A stretch of 64,000 nucleotides of DNA from the human T2T-CHM13v2.0 reference genome, Homo sapiens: the NCBI RefSeq assembly GCF_009914755.1, contig NC_060936.1. One strand, 5' to 3'. Positions 61,440 to 64,000 of this stretch are shown piece by piece; position 1 is the stretch's first letter, and the number at the start of each line of letters is the position of its first letter. The position numbers and the translations under genes are program-made. The notes beneath the pieces were generated by a model that ran no database searches, was not told the DNA's origin, and saw nothing but the letters and a program-made list of their open reading frames with translations.

Positions 61440-61978
61440 TTATCTCACTTAACATAATGTTCTCCAGTTCCATCCATTATGTTACAAATGACAGGATTTC
61501 ATTTTTCTAATGACAATAATATTTCATCGTGTATTTTACCACATAAGTCAGACACAGAAAGACAAATAATGCATGTTCTAACTTATATATGGTAGCTGAA
61601 AAGGTCAATCCCTTCGAGATAGAGAGTGGAATGATGGTCACCAGGGGATGGGAAGAGTAGTAGGAAGAGGGCTAAAGAAGGGTTGGTTAATGGGTACAAA
61701 AATACAGTTAGATAGAAGGAATAACGTCTAGTGTTCAATAACACAATAAGATGATTGTAGTTAACAATAATTTTTGTATATTTTAAAACCACTAGAAAAG
61801 TGGAATTGGAATGTTCCTTACACAAAAAATAAACATTTAAGGGGATGAATATTGTAGTAATTCTAATTTGATCATTACATATCATACACTTGTATGGAAA
61901 TGTAACCCACATGTACCCACAAGTACCCTATAAATACGTATAAGTATTATGTATCCATAAAAATTAAAAATAAAAAGT
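61440..61978 (+). mobile_element. L1MA 3' end with 5' inversion (inverted 61440-61544; sense 61543-61978)
   Basis: The inverted piece ends at ...ttaagtgagataa and the sense piece resumes at ataagtcagacacagaaagacaaa, adjacent positions in L1. Confidence 0.8.
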
Positions 61979-63709
61979 TGGAAAAATTAACCTATAAAAA
62001 GAAAAATTCAATTAAATTTAGCTTGTCTATGAATTTTTAATATACTTAATTTATGATTAGATACTGTATATTAATACAATACTGTAAATAATAAGGGACA
62101 ATATTCTGTTTTTAAATATATGAATTTATCAAATGTACAAATGGATTTAGTTACTTGGATACAGAGAAATCAAACTTTTTCATTTTTTCTTATATATAAA
62201 ATGAATTCTCAATCCCTGCTCCCTCTGCTTATGTTGGTTTGAATATTGGTTCAAATTTCCTGAAGAAGTTTTGTTGATTACATACTGATAGTCTTAAGCC
62301 ATAATCAAACTCTTTGTATTTAAGAATCTCCTTGGGAGCAGGAGATAATTACTTATGATCTATATTAAAGTGACCTTGGAGTTTCCAACAAAAAAATCTC
62401 CAAGTCAACTTTTAAGAGCAGACATAAGTGACTATCTTTATTTATTTTCTTCCTGCCATATGTTGCAGTCCTATCACAAGACCCACCACTAAGAGACTTC
62501 ACGAAGCTACAAAGGCTTATATACTTTTACATACGATTTTCTCTTTTGATAATCTATCATAAATGAAAAATCTAAAATTATAACATCATTTATAATAGTA
62601 TACAAAAAATTGAGGACAAAAATGTAAATAATTACTATAGAGTAACAGTTATGGAAAGATTAAGTGTTATACAATTGTTAGGCATGAAGAGTTAACAAGA
62701 TTTTATATAATCATAAATACATTAAACCAAAAAATATGCATAGAAAAAATAGAAGAAAATGCAGAAACATATTTTCAGGTATATTTTTCTGGTGTGCTAA
62801 GTGTTTATCATATTTTCTTAATAGTTTTCTATTTTTTCTAAAATACCTGTATTCATTTTACTTTTATAAGTTATGTGATTTTATAATAAAGCATTTATTT
62901 TCATTTTAAAATATGACTATAAATGTTTCTGTGCATTCAGAATGCAAATTAGTCAAAATTAATCATCTTTTTCTGTTTTCAAACAACTTTAAAGTACACA
63001 AATATGGATATATAACCTAGAAATATAACTTCCTCTATTAAAAATGCAGTTCCAAATATGATTAATTTACAACAGAACAACAGCTCAGATACAAGAGAAA
63101 TTGAAATAAAACAAGAAACATGTATGTGCAATTAGATCTTACTATGTCTGGCTTTGGTCATATTTCTATGTATGTTATTCTAAAGTATATGTTATTTGTA
63201 AATTATTTTCATTTTTCTTAACAAGGCATTGCTAAAGTTTTAAAAAGAAGGTTATATCACATAGGTATGCTATATGGAAGAACAGTAACTGACTGGCTTA
63301 ATTTAGAAAAAAAATATTTTTTTCAAAGGATTTTGGATATGTGAGAATAAATAGGAAGCTTCAAGAAAAGACTTGGGCAGCGTTCAGAACCTATTTTGAC
63401 TAGGCAGCAGGAAATAATACCAGAAGCACATCATAGGAGCTATCCAATGAGAACATCGCCGCTGCTATTACCACTGAGGTTATGATGTCACTACTAGGAC
63501 TTTGATCCCTCCTTTCTGGAAGTTCCAAGACTAGTTCAGGCCCTTTAACCTTGCAAAGGCCAGCCACAGGAGACTTACACCTTACTTGGTTTATCTTCAA
63601 ACAATCTGACTGTTCAGGTGCTTTCTAGCTACAAAAGTGAAACGTGCATTGCAATATTATATTTTTTTGTATTATCAAAACTGCTATAGCATCTACATCT
63701 TAGTTGAGT

Positions 63710-63900
63710 GAATTAGCATCTTCCTAGTCACTCAAAGTAAAAACCTGGAATTCAGCCTTAAATATTTACTCCTTGTCCTGCTTATTCACTGTATTATCAA
63801 GCTTTACCATTTTAAAATATTTCAACATCAATGTCCTATTTGTATTCTAAACATCTCTGCTTTAATAAATATCTTTCTTAGTATTTCCAGAACTGCTGCA
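63710..63900 (+). mobile_element. L2 fragment
   Basis: catcttcctagtcactcaaagtaaaaacctggaattcagcctt. Confidence 0.45.
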
Positions 63901-64000
63901 ATAAGATTCTTATTTATCTCTTTTTATGGAAGATATTAAAAATATATATCATCCTCAAACTGTTACTCAACAAACAATATATCTTTGAAATATATATACA

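Noticed and set aside
63400-63600. 66-aa minus-strand ORF
   Set aside because: No homology recognised; the nearby splice-like segment has stops in all three frames.

Overview
AT-rich primate (hominoid/human-like) genomic DNA, either intergenic or deep intronic. I see no supportable host protein-coding exon, RNA gene, CpG island or CRISPR array. The window is mostly interspersed repeats: L1 (young L1PA to old L1M), six Alus, a near-full-length Tigger1 with two nested insertions, MaLR/ERVL solo LTRs, hAT MITEs, MIR and L2, plus a ~0.9-kb AT-rich quasi-palindromic minisatellite. The standout is a 773-bp palindrome (2470-3242; 347-bp ungapped arms, 10 mismatches, 79-bp spacer) fused directly to the 5' end of a truncated young L1PA. 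The apparent target-site duplication sits reverse-complemented inside the spacer. This suggests an L1-insertion-associated fold-back duplication whose loop is now flipped, and the junction also creates a new in-frame ATG on an open 436-codon ORF2 C-terminus. Several smaller locally templated insertions and two twin-primed L1s are also visible. Repeat subfamily names come from recalled consensus sequences, not a database search, and boundaries of old elements are approximate. I found no evidence of a new gene system; the notable signals are structural and mutational.
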